The notes: a model not told the origin generated them from the letters alone. Shown: positions 38,456 through 48,117, counted from the stretch's first letter. The stretch is DNA of 64,000 nucleotides from Candidatus Thermofontivivens primus (GCA_031458695.1 JAVKJW010000004.1:32001-96000), one strand, 5' to 3'. Numbers and translations: made by a program.

Positions 38456-40774
38456 CTATAAACGGGGATCCCCACCCCCTGCGGCCACCTTTCTCCTCCC
38501 CTTGGAGACTTGGAGCAGGAACTTGAGGAGGAAGACCGCCGTCGCTTTGTCCAGCGGCCTGTTCATGTTGCCGCACTTGGGAGATTGAATACAGGAAGGA
38601 CACCCATCCTCGCACGGACACTCTTCGATGGTCCGTAGGGTTGCCTCCATCAAGCTCTCGATGAGCTCATACCCCTTCAAGGAGAACCCCACACCCCCAG
38701 GGTACCCGTCGTAAATAAAAATGGTAGGAAGCTCGGTCTGCGGGTGGAGGGGGTAGGAGACGCCGCCGATGTCCCACCGATCGCACATGGCGAATAGGGG
38801 GAGGAGGCCGATGGCTGCATGTTCCACGGCGTGGATCCCGCCTGCCAGGTCATCATCGCCTCGTAGCACTCTATCCTCAAGCTCCTTCGGGATCTCAAAC
38901 CAAAACGCCGTCGTCCGGAGGACCTGGGCAGGGAGGTCGAGGGGCTCCTCCCCTAGGACCTCTTCGGTAAAGAGTTGCTTACGGACGTAGGCAATGACCT
39001 GGTTGGTCACTTCTACTTCCCCGAAGTGCACCTTGGTCGGCCCCCAGGGCTTCCACTGCACCTCCCGTTTGATCTCCACATCTGTGAGGACGCGTGGCTG
39101 CGTATAGTAGTCTCCCCTGGCTGGGGAGACGTACGCGACCTTCTCCACGAGATCCAGCTTGCGGACGATGTAGGGTTCCCCCTGGTGAAGGTAAATCGCC
39201 CCGGGGTGGACCTCCTCGAACGCCCGCGCTGCGTCCACCGTCCCAATAATCCGGTTCCGGCCGACCTCCTTGATCCGGAACCGATCGCCGCTGACGGTGC
39301 GGATTTCGATCCCCTGGGCAGGATAACCCATTCCACGCCAGTACCAGCGCCCGTTGCGCTGGACGAGTTCCCCCCGCTCTTCCAGAAGGGTAGCGATCTC
39401 CAGGGCCTGCGGGCCGAACAGTTCAAGGTCGCTCTGCCAGATCGGGAGCTCCCGCGCGGCACAACGGAGGTGACCAAGGAGGATATAGGGATTCTGGGGA
39501 TCGATCACGGCGTTTTCGCAGGGGCGCTCAAACAAGTACTGGGGATGGCGCATCAGGTACTGGTCCAGAGCATCCTGGAGGGCAACGAGGAAGACGAGAG
39601 CCTCCTGTCGCCCCCTGCCAACACGCCCAATGCGCTGCCAAGTGCTGGCAATGGTCCCTGGGTAGCCCACGAGGATCGCTGCGTCAAGGCCCCCCACGTC
39701 GATCCCAAGTTCCAGGGCGCTCGTGCTCACCACCCCGATGAGCTCCCCGGTGAACAGGCGTCGTTCGATCTCCCGGCGCTCCTCAGGGAGATAGCCCGCC
39801 CGATACGGGCTGATGCGCCTGGCGAGCTCAGGCGCGTCTTCCAAAAGATGGAAGCGGGCATAGCGGTAAAGGAGCTCGGTGGTCTTGCGAGCCTTGGTGA
39901 AGGCAATGGTCCGGATCCCCCGGCGGACCAGTTCTGTGAACAGCCAGGTCGCCTCCGAGTAAGAGCTCCGTCGCAGGGACCGAGCCAGATCTAGGAATGG
40001 CGGGTTCCAGAGGAGGATCCGTTTGGGCCCTCGGGGGGAGCCATCCTCGTCGATCACCTTCACGGGGAGGCCCAGGAGCTTCTCAGCGAACTCTTTGGGG
40101 TTGGCAATGGTTGCGGAGGTCAAGATGAACACCGGGTTTGCGCCATAGAACCGGAGGATCCTGCGGAGGCGGCGGATCACGTTGGCCACGTGGGAACCGA
40201 AGACACCGCGGTAGATATGCATGTCATCGATCACCACGAACCGGAGGTGGCGGAGGAATGCAGACCACAGACGGTGCTGGGGGAGGATCCCCAGGTGGAG
40301 CATATCCGGGTTGGTCAACACAATGTGGGCGGTCTCGCGGACAACCTTCCGCTGTTCCTGCGGGGTATCCCCGTCGTAGGTCCCAAAGCGCACCTCCGGC
40401 AGCCCGAACTCGTGAAGGGCATCGAGCTGGTCCTGGGCCAGAGCCTTCGTGGGGTAGAGGTAGAGGGCCCTGGTCCTGAGATCCTCCAGGATCGCCTCGA
40501 GAACGGGGAGGTTGAAGCACAGGGTCTTTCCACTCGCCGTACCTGTCACCACAACAACGTTCTGGCCGTCCCGGACCGACTCGATGGCCTCCGCCTGGTG
40601 TTTGTACAACCGCTGGATCCCCTGGTTGGTGAGGGATTCCTGGAGGCGCGGGGGGAGGGGCCGCCGGAGATCCGCGTAACGGGCCCGTCTCGCCGGGATG
40701 CGGTGCTCGTAGACGACTTGTCCCCTGTACGCGCGCTGCCCCCTGAGTTCGTCAAGGAAGGTCGCCAGATTCAT
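38456..40774 (-). CDS. DEAD/DEAH-box helicase with C-terminal DUF1998 Zn domain (MrfA/SftH/Hrq1 type)
   Basis: TGTASGKT, YPTKALAQDQ, TNPDMLH, SATIAN, ELGIDVG, QRIGRVGR and CPCEDGCPSC motifs. Confidence 0.92.
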   Translation of the reverse strand: MNLATFLDELRGQRAYRGQVVYEHRIPARRARYADLRRPLPPRLQESLTNQGIQRLYKHQAEAIESVRDGQNVVVVTGTASGKTLCFNLPVLEAILEDLRTRALYLYPTKALAQDQLDALHEFGLPEVRFGTYDGDTPQEQRKVVRETAHIVLTNPDMLHLGILPQHRLWSAFLRHLRFVVIDDMHIYRGVFGSHVANVIRRLRRILRFYGANPVFILTSATIANPKEFAEKLLGLPVKVIDEDGSPRGPKRILLWNPPFLDLARSLRRSSYSEATWLFTELVRRGIRTIAFTKARKTTELLYRYARFHLLEDAPELARRISPYRAGYLPEERREIERRLFTGELIGVVSTSALELGIDVGGLDAAILVGYPGTIASTWQRIGRVGRGRQEALVFLVALQDALDQYLMRHPQYLFERPCENAVIDPQNPYILLGHLRCAARELPIWQSDLELFGPQALEIATLLEERGELVQRNGRWYWRGMGYPAQGIEIRTVSGDRFRIKEVGRNRIIGTVDAARAFEEVHPGAIYLHQGEPYIVRKLDLVEKVAYVSPARGDYYTQPRVLTDVEIKREVQWKPWGPTKVHFGEVEVTNQVIAYVRKQLFTEEVLGEEPLDLPAQVLRTTAFWFEIPKELEDRVLRGDDDLAGGIHAVEHAAIGLLPLFAMCDRWDIGGVSYPLHPQTELPTIFIYDGYPGGVGFSLKGYELIESLMEATLRTIEECPCEDGCPSCIQSPKCGNMNRPLDKATAVFLLKFLLQVSKGRRKVAAGGGDPRL

Positions 40775-40797
40775 AAAAATTCCCCAAGCGCCGAAAT

Positions 40798-40824
40798 CCC
40801 GGAGTTCACTCCGGGGTAGTTGAC
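40798..40824 (+). mobile_element. Isolated IS200/IS605-type terminal hairpin relic
   Basis: CCCGGAGTTCACTCCGGG hairpin followed by GTAGTTGAC (reverse complement GTCAACTACCCCGG...), the pattern of IS200/IS605 ends. Confidence 0.45.
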
Positions 40825-40933
40825 GCCAGCCTCATTATACCACCGTGCCGGTGGCCGGTTTTGGGGATCGCTGGGAGGTTCCAAGTTGACAGGTTTATGG
40901 GTTCCCTGGCAGGGGTTCGCACATCCCGTCATC

Positions 40934-40963
40934 TTGACAGGGACGGATGGGCTTGGATATGCT
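40934..40963 (+). promoter_or_regulatory. Promoter for tRNA-Leu
   Basis: TTGACA-18-TATGCT, 14 nt upstream of the tRNA. Confidence 0.6.
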
Positions 40964-40977
40964 TGTTGATGCAAAGT

Positions 40978-41065
40978 GCGGAAGTGGCGGAACTGGCAGA
41001 CGCGCAGGCCTCAGGAGCCTGTGGGCCAAAAGCCCGTGGGGGTTCGACTCCCCCCTTCCGCACCA
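40978..41065 (+). tRNA. tRNA-Leu(CAG)
   Basis: Acceptor stem GCGGAAG/CTTCCGC, anticodon arm CAGGC-CTCAGGA-GCCTG, long variable arm, TTCGA loop, encoded CCA. Confidence 0.96.
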
Positions 41066-41190
41066 TCCCAGGTTTCAGAGGTCAGACCTTAGGTTCGCAG
41101 GTGAGGTCCCCGTACCTGCTCCCATCCCACCCGCGCCGAAAGCGCTTTCCTGCTTTCATGCGCTCGGGCAATCGCCAGGAGGAAATGGCT

Positions 41191-41391
41191 ATGGATGAGC
41201 GGCCTGCATCAGGGAAGGTTTCCCTCCATGTGATCTGCAAGGAGTGCGGGAGGGAGTTCGACACGAAGCTGCGGATGGACAGGCGAAGCTTTGAGCGCGG
41301 AACCCTAGCAGCGAACTACCATACTTGCCCCCACTGTGGAGTCCAGAAGACTTATTCGAAGAGCGATTACATCCTGCGTGGGGCCGATTGA
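41191..41391 (+). CDS. 66-aa zinc-ribbon microprotein
   Basis: AGGAGG RBS; CKECG and CPHCG knuckles. Confidence 0.75.
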   Translation: MDERPASGKVSLHVICKECGREFDTKLRMDRRSFERGTLAANYHTCPHCGVQKTYSKSDYILRGAD

Positions 41392-41396
41392 GGAGC

Positions 41397-41432
41397 TATG
41401 GTGGGGGCGAGGCATACCTCGCCCCCACCATA
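41397..41432. terminator. Perfect 16-bp hairpin between convergent genes (REP-like, family B)
   Basis: TATGGTGGGGGCGAGG-CATA-CCTCGCCCCCACCATA. Confidence 0.65.
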
Positions 41433-41469
41433 TTGCCCCTGAAACCTGAGACCTGGAACCTGATAACGT

Positions 41470-42087
41470 TTAGGCGAGCCCAGGAATGTTCATCCTCCGC
41501 ACGCGCTCTTCGACCGCCCCCCAGTCGAGGTTCCGGAAGAACGCGTCGATGTATGCACCCTTGTTCGTCCCATAGTCGATGAAGAAAGCGTGCTCAAACA
41601 CGTCCAGGGCGACGATGGGGGTGGCATTCCAGATGGGATAGGTGTTCTGCTCGTCCCCGATGTAGTTAAAGAGCCGCCCTGTGTCCCAGTCGTAGGCAAG
41701 CCATGCCCATCCCCTGGCGGCGATGCCTGTAGCCTTCAGGTCCTTCTGCCAGTTCTCAAAGGAACCGAAATCCCTCTCGATGGCCTCTAGGAGCCTTCCT
41801 TGAGGCTTTCCTCCCTTTCCACCGAGGATGTCGAAGTAGATCTCATGGTTCTTCACCCCACCAATGGCCCTCGTCAGCTCCACCTTGAGTTCCCGGATCT
41901 CCGAGTAGGTGGGGTTGGCCTTGGCCGGATCTGGCTCCATGGCAGCAAGCTTTTCCAGGATCTCGTTGGCCTTGTTCACGTAACCCTGGTAGAGCTTGTA
42001 GTGCTCCTCCATGGTCTTCTTGCTGATCCCGTCAAGCTCCACCTCGAATGACCGGAACTTCTTTGCCTCATACTTGGCGAAGTTCAT
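41470..42087 (-). CDS. sod: Fe/Mn superoxide dismutase family protein
   Basis: EEHY..Y.GYV, NHEIYF and DVFEHAF metal ligands; metal specificity cannot be determined by eye. Confidence 0.88.
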   Translation of the reverse strand: MNFAKYEAKKFRSFEVELDGISKKTMEEHYKLYQGYVNKANEILEKLAAMEPDPAKANPTYSEIRELKVELTRAIGGVKNHEIYFDILGGKGGKPQGRLLEAIERDFGSFENWQKDLKATGIAARGWAWLAYDWDTGRLFNYIGDEQNTYPIWNATPIVALDVFEHAFFIDYGTNKGAYIDAFFRNLDWGAVEERVRRMNIPGLA

Positions 42088-42115
42088 AGCTCTCCCTCCT
42101 CATTCCAAGATTTCA

Positions 42116-42151
42116 GCACCCCCGGAAAGTCTTCTGACTTTGTCCGGGGGG
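42116..42151 (+). repeat. REP-like palindrome, family A
   Basis: GCACCCCCGGAAAGTCTTCTGACTTTGTCCGGGGGG. Confidence 0.7.
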
Positions 42152-42418
42152 CTCCTTTGACAAAGTGGGCCGCGCGAACCACGCGGCACGTATCCCTATT
42201 GTACTCGAAATAGGAAATTTTGGAAAGGGTTACTTTTCCAATTTCATTCTCTCCTGCCTCGCTCATGTCAAGGGGAACAGAGATCGGAAGGTTGACCTCC
42301 CCCACATCACCCCACCGGATGGAACTCTGGTGGGAACCCAGATCGTCCGCTCGTCGAAGGCTATTGCCGCATAGCGCGGCTCACATGGAAGATAAGGGCC
42401 TCCGTCTTCCGCGGGAAG

Positions 42419-42512
42419 TGGCGGAGGGGGTGGGATTTGAACCCACGAGGCAGGTTTGTGCCCGCCTACGAGCTCTCCAGGCCCGCGCCTTCGGCCGCTC
42501 GGCCACCCCTCC
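42419..42512 (-). tRNA. tRNA-Ser(GGA)
   Basis: Acceptor stem GGAGGGG/CCCCTCC, anticodon loop CTGGAGA, long variable arm, TTCAAAT loop, GCCA end. Confidence 0.95.
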
Positions 42513-42585
42513 AGAAGAAGAGTCGACACTCTGACTCACAGGCGAGATCGCACAACGAGCGGTGCTTGGGGCTACCGCGTGATTT

Positions 42586-42614
42586 ATAATAGTAGAGCCT
42601 CCTCTGCCTGTCAA
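42586..42614 (-). promoter_or_regulatory. Promoter for tRNA-Ser
   Basis: TTGACA-17-TATTAT on the minus strand. Confidence 0.65.
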
Positions 42615-42649
42615 CGGAGGGGGATTGCACACTTGGAGAAGATGTGACC

Positions 42650-43510
42650 ATGCGGAAGTGCGCAGGGTGGGCCGTCTGTACGGTTGCCCTCATCGTCCTG
42701 GCAGGCGTGTTGAACCCTTCCCGCGCTCATCCAGCCCTTGTGGTGCGCGTCACGCCTCTTGCGCTTCGACAGGGAGAGGTGGCGCAGGTCATTGTCAGGG
42801 CCCAGGTCCCGCTGTCTACCATCCAGCTCTCCTTCCGGAATCGATCCTGGCCTCTCTACCGCGTCCAGAGGGAATGGCATACTTTCCTTGGAACAGATCC
42901 CACCTCACCATCAGGTCGGCTCCCCATCGTCGTCGAGGCATTCACAATCCGGGGGGAACGCATTGTGGTTCACCGCACATTGACTGTGCGGAAAGTCTCC
43001 TTTCCCGTGCGCCGCCTCACCTTCGATCCTTCGAAGCAACCCCTCCTCTCCCCTGAAGTGGCGGAACTGGAACAGCGACGTGTCCGAGAGGCCCTGCGGG
43101 TTCTCGCCTCGGAGCCACTGTGGACTGGTCCATTTCTGGTTCCAGTGCAGGGGGAAATCCTCTCCCCGTATGGGGTATTGAACATCTACCAGGGACAGGT
43201 CTGGGGTTTCCACCGAGGAATAGACCTGGCGGCGCAGGCGGGGGCTCCCGTGCGAGCCGGAAACCATGGAATTGTCCGCCTCGCCGAGGCCCTCCCCCTG
43301 AGCGGGAATGCAATCCTCCTCGACCATGGACTGGGAATCGTAACTTCCTACCTCCACCTCTCCCAAATCAACGTCTCACCGGGGCAAAGAGTCAAAAGAG
43401 GCGAGATCATCGGCCTTGTAGGCAGCACGGGACTGGCCACGGGCCCTCACCTGCACTGGGGGATGCGCGTGAATGGCGTTCACGTCAACCCTCTCCCCTG
43501 GACGCGCTGA
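42650..43510 (+). CDS. M23-family metallopeptidase
   Basis: Signal peptide, HRGID, YLHLS and STGLATGPHLHW motifs. Confidence 0.9.
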   Translation: MRKCAGWAVCTVALIVLAGVLNPSRAHPALVVRVTPLALRQGEVAQVIVRAQVPLSTIQLSFRNRSWPLYRVQREWHTFLGTDPTSPSGRLPIVVEAFTIRGERIVVHRTLTVRKVSFPVRRLTFDPSKQPLLSPEVAELEQRRVREALRVLASEPLWTGPFLVPVQGEILSPYGVLNIYQGQVWGFHRGIDLAAQAGAPVRAGNHGIVRLAEALPLSGNAILLDHGLGIVTSYLHLSQINVSPGQRVKRGEIIGLVGSTGLATGPHLHWGMRVNGVHVNPLPWTR

Positions 43511-43536
43511 CCCACACACGGGAAGACGTTTCAAAA

Positions 43537-43565
43537 TTGACAGGTTTTACTGGCCTTTCTATAAT
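43537..43565 (+). promoter_or_regulatory. Perfect-consensus sigma70 promoter
   Basis: TTGACA-17-TATAAT. Confidence 0.8.
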
Positions 43566-43571
43566 ATTGGC

Positions 43572-43744
43572 CAAAGGCGGGTTGCGCGACGCCACGTGGA
43601 TGGAACCCACTGTGCATGGATTGGAAGCACGTCTAGACCACCGACCTCCCACAAAACCCTTTCACAGCGAACCGGACGAGTGCAGCGATCCGCTTCGAAG
43701 CATGGTGCCCGGCAAGGATCTTGGACGTGCGAGCCGGCCCTTTT
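43572..43744 (+). ncRNA. Candidate rod-like structured RNA (6S-like or leader RNA)
   Basis: Nested pairings 43582-88/43726-32, 43608-15/43700-07 and 43624-28/43692-96 found by eye, followed by TTTT; starts just after a consensus promoter. Confidence 0.35.
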
Positions 43745-43840
43745 CCAACAAGTGAGAATTCTTGTGATCGCAGGAATCTCCCTGAAGATGTCGCATCATA
43801 TTTCCAAAGCGCCTCACCGAGACCGGCTTGGGGATTCTCA

Positions 43841-43878
43841 GGGGACTCGGCGAAAACCAACCGACGTTTGCCGGATAC
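43841..43878 (-). repeat. Degenerate REP-like palindrome, family A
   Basis: Minus strand GTATCCGGCAAACGTCGGTTGGTTTTCGCCGAGTCCCC. Confidence 0.4.
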
Positions 43879-43916
43879 TTCAGCAAGGGGGTGGACCGGC
43901 TCGAAGGAGGGGGAGG

Positions 43917-44360
43917 ATGCGCCTGGAAGGCACCTACACACTGGAAGCCCCACGCGATCGTGTCTGGGAACTTCTCAACGATCCTCATGTCCTCGTCCGG
44001 TGCACGCCGGGGATGAAACAGCTCGAGCCAGCCGAGGGCGACACGTTCAAGGCCACCATGGAGGTGGGCGTGGGACCGGTCAAGGGAACGTTCCAAGGGA
44101 AGGTCGAGGTCGCGGAACGAAAGGCGCCGGAACAGATCACACTGCGCGTGCAGGGGGGTGGGAGCGCGGGGATGGTGCGGGCAGAGGGAACCATCACGCT
44201 GCGCGAGGAGGACGGGCGGACAGTCCTCTCCTATGTAGGAGAGGCACAGGTCAGCGGGCTCATCGCCAGCGTCGGCCAGCGCATGATCGGAAGCGTCGCC
44301 AAGATGCTCGCCGACCAGTTCTTCTCGAACCTCATCAAGGAAGCTTCTGCCTCAAGGTAA
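43917..44360 (+). CDS. coxG: CoxG (SRPBCC) protein
   Basis: VWELLNDP.VL.RCTPG, VGVGPVKG and GLIASVGQRMI motifs. Confidence 0.88.
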   Translation: MRLEGTYTLEAPRDRVWELLNDPHVLVRCTPGMKQLEPAEGDTFKATMEVGVGPVKGTFQGKVEVAERKAPEQITLRVQGGGSAGMVRAEGTITLREEDGRTVLSYVGEAQVSGLIASVGQRMIGSVAKMLADQFFSNLIKEASASR

Positions 44361-44391
44361 TTCTGCCTCAAGGTAAAGGGGGTGGAAAACG

Positions 44392-44889
44392 TTGCGGGTT
44401 CCAATCAGTGTCACCGTCAATGGGACCGTTTATCACCATGAAGTGGAACCGCGGTTGCTACTGGTATACTACCTCCGTGAGGTCCTTGGCCTCACAGGAA
44501 CGCACATTGGCTGCGACACCAGCAACTGCGGGGCGTGTACTGTGATGATGAACGGCCTAGCTGTGAAATCCTGCACTGTCCTCGCCGTCCAGGCGAACGG
44601 CGCGGAGATCCTTACCGTTGAAGGGCTGGCACGGGATGGCCAGCTCCACCCTATCCAAGAAGGGTTCTGGGAGGAGCACGGGCTCCAGTGCGGATACTGC
44701 ACGCCTGGGATGATGATCGCCGCCCTCCAGCTCCTCCAGAGGAACCCAGACCCTTCTGAAGCGGAGATCCGCCACGCTCTGGAAGGGAATCTTTGCCGCT
44801 GCACAGGGTACCAGCATATCGTGAACGCCGTTCGCTATGCTGCCCGGAAGATGAAAGAAAGTGGCGCCATGCCCGTAGGGGGGAGATAG
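44392..44889 (+). CDS. coxS: [2Fe-2S] small subunit
   Basis: [20 protein letters not shown] and GNLCRCTGY motifs. Confidence 0.92.
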   Translation: MRVPISVTVNGTVYHHEVEPRLLLVYYLREVLGLTGTHIGCDTSNCGACTVMMNGLAVKSCTVLAVQANGAEILTVEGLARDGQLHPIQEGFWEEHGLQCGYCTPGMMIAALQLLQRNPDPSEAEIRHALEGNLCRCTGYQHIVNAVRYAARKMKESGAMPVGGR

Positions 44890-44890
44890 C

Positions 44891-47245
44891 ATGGCTGTGA
44901 CGCGCGTGTTCGGGGCTAGGATCAAGCGCAGGGAAGACCCCCGTCTCATCACCGGGACGGCAACCTATACCGATGACATCGTGATCCCTGGGATGTGCTA
45001 CGCCGTCATCGTCCGCAGCCCTTACGCGCACGCCCGGATCAAACGGATCGACGTGGAACGGGCCCGGAAGCATCCCGGCGTGGTCGCGGCCTTCACAGGG
45101 AAAGATCTAGAGGGGAAGGTCAATCCCATCCCCTGTGCCTGGCTGATCCCCGGGAGCGACCTGAAGACCCCACCCCATCCCGCGCTGGCTGTAGACCGCG
45201 TGCGCTACGTGGGGGAAGGGGTCGCCGTTGTGGTGGCAACCAGCAGGCACGCAGCAGCAGATGCCGCATCCCTCGTAGAAGTTGAGGTTGAACCCCTGCC
45301 AGCAGTGGTCAACCAGGAGAAGGCCATGCAACCAGGGGCGCCGCAGATCCATGACGGTGTCCCCAACAACGTGGCGTTCCACTGGAAGGTCTCCAGCGGG
45401 GATGTGGGAAGGGCCTTCCAGGAGGCGGATGTGGTCATCAGGCAGCGCATGGTCAACCACCGCCTGATCCCCAACGCCATGGAGCCACGATCGTGTGTCG
45501 CCGCGTACAACCGAGGGTCCGGGGACCTGACCATCTGGATGACCTCCCAGAACCCACACATCCACAGAGTGCTGCTCTCGGGGATCCTGGGGATCCCGGA
45601 GCACCGCCTCCGGATCATTGCCCCCGAGGTCGGCGGGGGATTCGGAAGCAAGATCCCCTGCTACGCCGATGAAGCCGTTGTGGCGTTCTGTGCCATGCAG
45701 ACAGGACACCCGGTGAAGTGGGGAGAGGACCGTCGGGAGAATTACCTCGCCACCGCGCACGGCCGCGACCACATCGTCGACCTCGAAGTTGCCGCAAAAA
45801 AGGATGGCACCATCACAGCCATCCGGGGAACCTGCTACGCCAACCTCGGCGCGTACCTCTCTACGGCCGCCCCGGGCGTCCCCACGATTCTCCACGGGCT
45901 GATGATGTGCGGCCCTTACACGATCCCCAACATCGATTACGAAGTGTACGGTATCTTCACCAATACCACTCCCGTGGATGCCTACCGCGGTGCCGGTCGG
46001 CCAGAGGCTACGTACTATGTAGAACGCCTCGTGGATATGGTGGCCCGGAAGCTGAATATGGATCCCGTGGAGGTGCGCAGGAAGAACTTCATCCCCAAGG
46101 ACAAGTTCCCCTACACCGTAGCCACGGGGATTACCTATGATAGTGGCGACTATGAGGCCTCCCTGGAGACCTTGCTGCGCATTATCGACTACCCCAACTT
46201 CCGCAAGGAGCAGGAGAAGGCCTGGAAGGAGGGGAGATATCTAGGGATTGGATTCTCCACCTACGTGGAGATCTGTGGACTGGGCCCCTCCCAGGTCGCC
46301 GGTGCAGTGGGGTTCCAGGGAGCGCTGTGGGAGAGCGCCTTGGTGCGCGTCCATCCTACAGGGAAAGTGACCGTCCTTACAGGTGCAAGCCCCCACGGTC
46401 AGGGAGAGGAGACGACCTTCGCCCAAATTGTCTCTGAGGAGCTCGGGATCCCCATCGAGGACATCGAGGTGCTTCACGGGGACACCGAGATGATCCCCAT
46501 GGGATGGGGGACATATGGCAGCCGCACTACAGCCGTCGGAGGGGCTGCCCTCTTCGTCGCCTGTCGCCGGATCGTGGAAAAGGGGAAGAAGCTTGCTGCC
46601 CACCTCCTGGAGGCCTCTGAGCAGGACATCCTGTTTGAAGGAGGGCGGTTCTTCGTCAAGGGTGCACCCGACCGGGCTAAAACCATCCAGGAGGTAGCCC
46701 TCCAAGCTTACCTCGCCTGGAACCTGCCAGCAGGATTTGAGCCTGCGCTCGAGGCCACGGCGTTCTACGACCCGCCGAATTTCACCTATCCCTTTGGGGC
46801 GCACGCCTGCATTGTAGAGGTCGACCCGGAGACGGGTACGGTCAAGATCCGACGTTATGTGGCCGTGGATGACTGCGGCCGGGTGGTCAATCCGCTTATC
46901 GTCGATGGACAGGTCCACGGGGGGCTCGCCCAGGGGATCGGACAGGCGCTTTACGAGTACGCCTACTACGACGACTTCGGCCAGCTCCTCACCGGTTCCA
47001 TGAGCGACTACGCCGTGCCCAAAGCAAGCCAGCTCCCGCCCTTTGAGACAGCACGCACGGAGACGCCCTCTCCTCATCACCCACTGGGCCTCAAGGGGGT
47101 CGGGGAGACGGGGACCATTGCATCCACTCCGGCAGTAGCGAACGCAGTGGTGGACGCCTTGCAGCCGCTTGGCATCCACCACATCGATATCCCCTTGACT
47201 CCGCCACGGGTGCTGGCAGCGATCCGGCAAGCCCAAGGGAGGTGA
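44891..47245 (+). CDS. coxL: Molybdoprotein large subunit, form II CODH-like
   Basis: Active-site loop AYRGAGRPEA (form II, not form I AYRCSFR); VGGGFGSK and KGVGE motifs. Confidence 0.9.
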   Translation: MAVTRVFGARIKRREDPRLITGTATYTDDIVIPGMCYAVIVRSPYAHARIKRIDVERARKHPGVVAAFTGKDLEGKVNPIPCAWLIPGSDLKTPPHPALAVDRVRYVGEGVAVVVATSRHAAADAASLVEVEVEPLPAVVNQEKAMQPGAPQIHDGVPNNVAFHWKVSSGDVGRAFQEADVVIRQRMVNHRLIPNAMEPRSCVAAYNRGSGDLTIWMTSQNPHIHRVLLSGILGIPEHRLRIIAPEVGGGFGSKIPCYADEAVVAFCAMQTGHPVKWGEDRRENYLATAHGRDHIVDLEVAAKKDGTITAIRGTCYANLGAYLSTAAPGVPTILHGLMMCGPYTIPNIDYEVYGIFTNTTPVDAYRGAGRPEATYYVERLVDMVARKLNMDPVEVRRKNFIPKDKFPYTVATGITYDSGDYEASLETLLRIIDYPNFRKEQEKAWKEGRYLGIGFSTYVEICGLGPSQVAGAVGFQGALWESALVRVHPTGKVTVLTGASPHGQGEETTFAQIVSEELGIPIEDIEVLHGDTEMIPMGWGTYGSRTTAVGGAALFVACRRIVEKGKKLAAHLLEASEQDILFEGGRFFVKGAPDRAKTIQEVALQAYLAWNLPAGFEPALEATAFYDPPNFTYPFGAHACIVEVDPETGTVKIRRYVAVDDCGRVVNPLIVDGQVHGGLAQGIGQALYEYAYYDDFGQLLTGSMSDYAVPKASQLPPFETARTETPSPHHPLGLKGVGETGTIASTPAVANAVVDALQPLGIHHIDIPLTPPRVLAAIRQAQGR

Positions 47246-47250
47246 ACAGA

Positions 47251-48114
47251 ATGATCCCGGCTGCGTTCGAGTACTACGCCCCGGCCACGGTTGAGGAGGC
47301 TCTCCAGCTCCTCCGAGAGCTTGGCCCTGAGGCCAAGCTCCTCGCCGGAGGACACAGCCTCCTGCCCATGATGAAGCTCCGCCTGTCCACACCGAAGGCT
47401 CTCGTCGACATCGGGCGCATCCCTGACCTCCGTTACATCCGGGAGGAAGGAAACACTCTGGCCATTGGGGCCACCACCACACACTGGATGATCGAGTCCT
47501 CCGAGGTCGTCCGCAACAGGGTCCCCCTCCTCGCTGAAGCGGCAGGGAGGATTGGGGATGTCCAGGTACGCAACATGGGCACCATTGGGGGAAGCCTGGC
47601 CCACGCCGACCCTGCCGCGGACTACCCTGCGGCGATCCTGGCCCTGGAAGCAGAGATTGTCGCCCAAGGTCCCCGGGGGAAGCGTTCGATTCCCGCTGCC
47701 GAGTTCTTCAAGGGGCTGTTCACTACAGCCCTAGAGCCTGACGAGCTCCTTGTAGAGGTCCGCATCCCTGTCCCGGTGGAGAAGTCCGGGGCGGCCTACC
47801 TGAAGTTCCCCCACCCTGCCTCGGGCTTTGCAGTGGTGGGGTGCGCCGCTCTGCTTACGCTGGACGGGGGGAGATGCCAGAAAGCCCGGGTGGCGTTCAC
47901 AGGGGTAACCGAGAAAGCCTTCCGCGACCGGGCTGTGGAGGATGCTTTGACTGGAAAAGCACCAGACGAGAAGACCATTGCCAGCGCCTCCCAGAAGGCA
48001 GCAGAGGGTGTCGAGCCTTTGAGCGACATCTTCGCCTCGGCGGAGTACCGGAAGCACCTCGCCAAGGTGTTCGCCAGGCGGGCCCTGATGGCAGCGGCAT
48101 CGCGGGCACATTAA
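47251..48114 (+). CDS. coxM: FAD-binding medium subunit
   Basis: LAGGHSLLPMMKLR and QVRNMGTIGGSLAHADPAAD motifs. Confidence 0.92.
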   Translation: MIPAAFEYYAPATVEEALQLLRELGPEAKLLAGGHSLLPMMKLRLSTPKALVDIGRIPDLRYIREEGNTLAIGATTTHWMIESSEVVRNRVPLLAEAAGRIGDVQVRNMGTIGGSLAHADPAADYPAAILALEAEIVAQGPRGKRSIPAAEFFKGLFTTALEPDELLVEVRIPVPVEKSGAAYLKFPHPASGFAVVGCAALLTLDGGRCQKARVAFTGVTEKAFRDRAVEDALTGKAPDEKTIASASQKAAEGVEPLSDIFASAEYRKHLAKVFARRALMAAASRAH

Positions 48115-48117
48115 GAA

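Noticed and set aside
40978..41065. Selenocysteine or suppressor tRNA (TCA visible in the loop)
   Set aside because: The 7-nt loop CTCAGGA centres on CAG; the 7-bp acceptor stem and A discriminator fit tRNA-Leu.
42243..42374. Integrase relic beside the tRNA-Ser 3' end (VKGNRDRKV.LP)
   Set aside because: A single short motif resemblance; no other recombinase motifs and no duplicated tRNA end were seen.
44891..47245. Bona fide (form I) aerobic CO dehydrogenase
   Set aside because: The loop is AYRGAGR rather than AYRCSFR, and the gene order is S-L-M.
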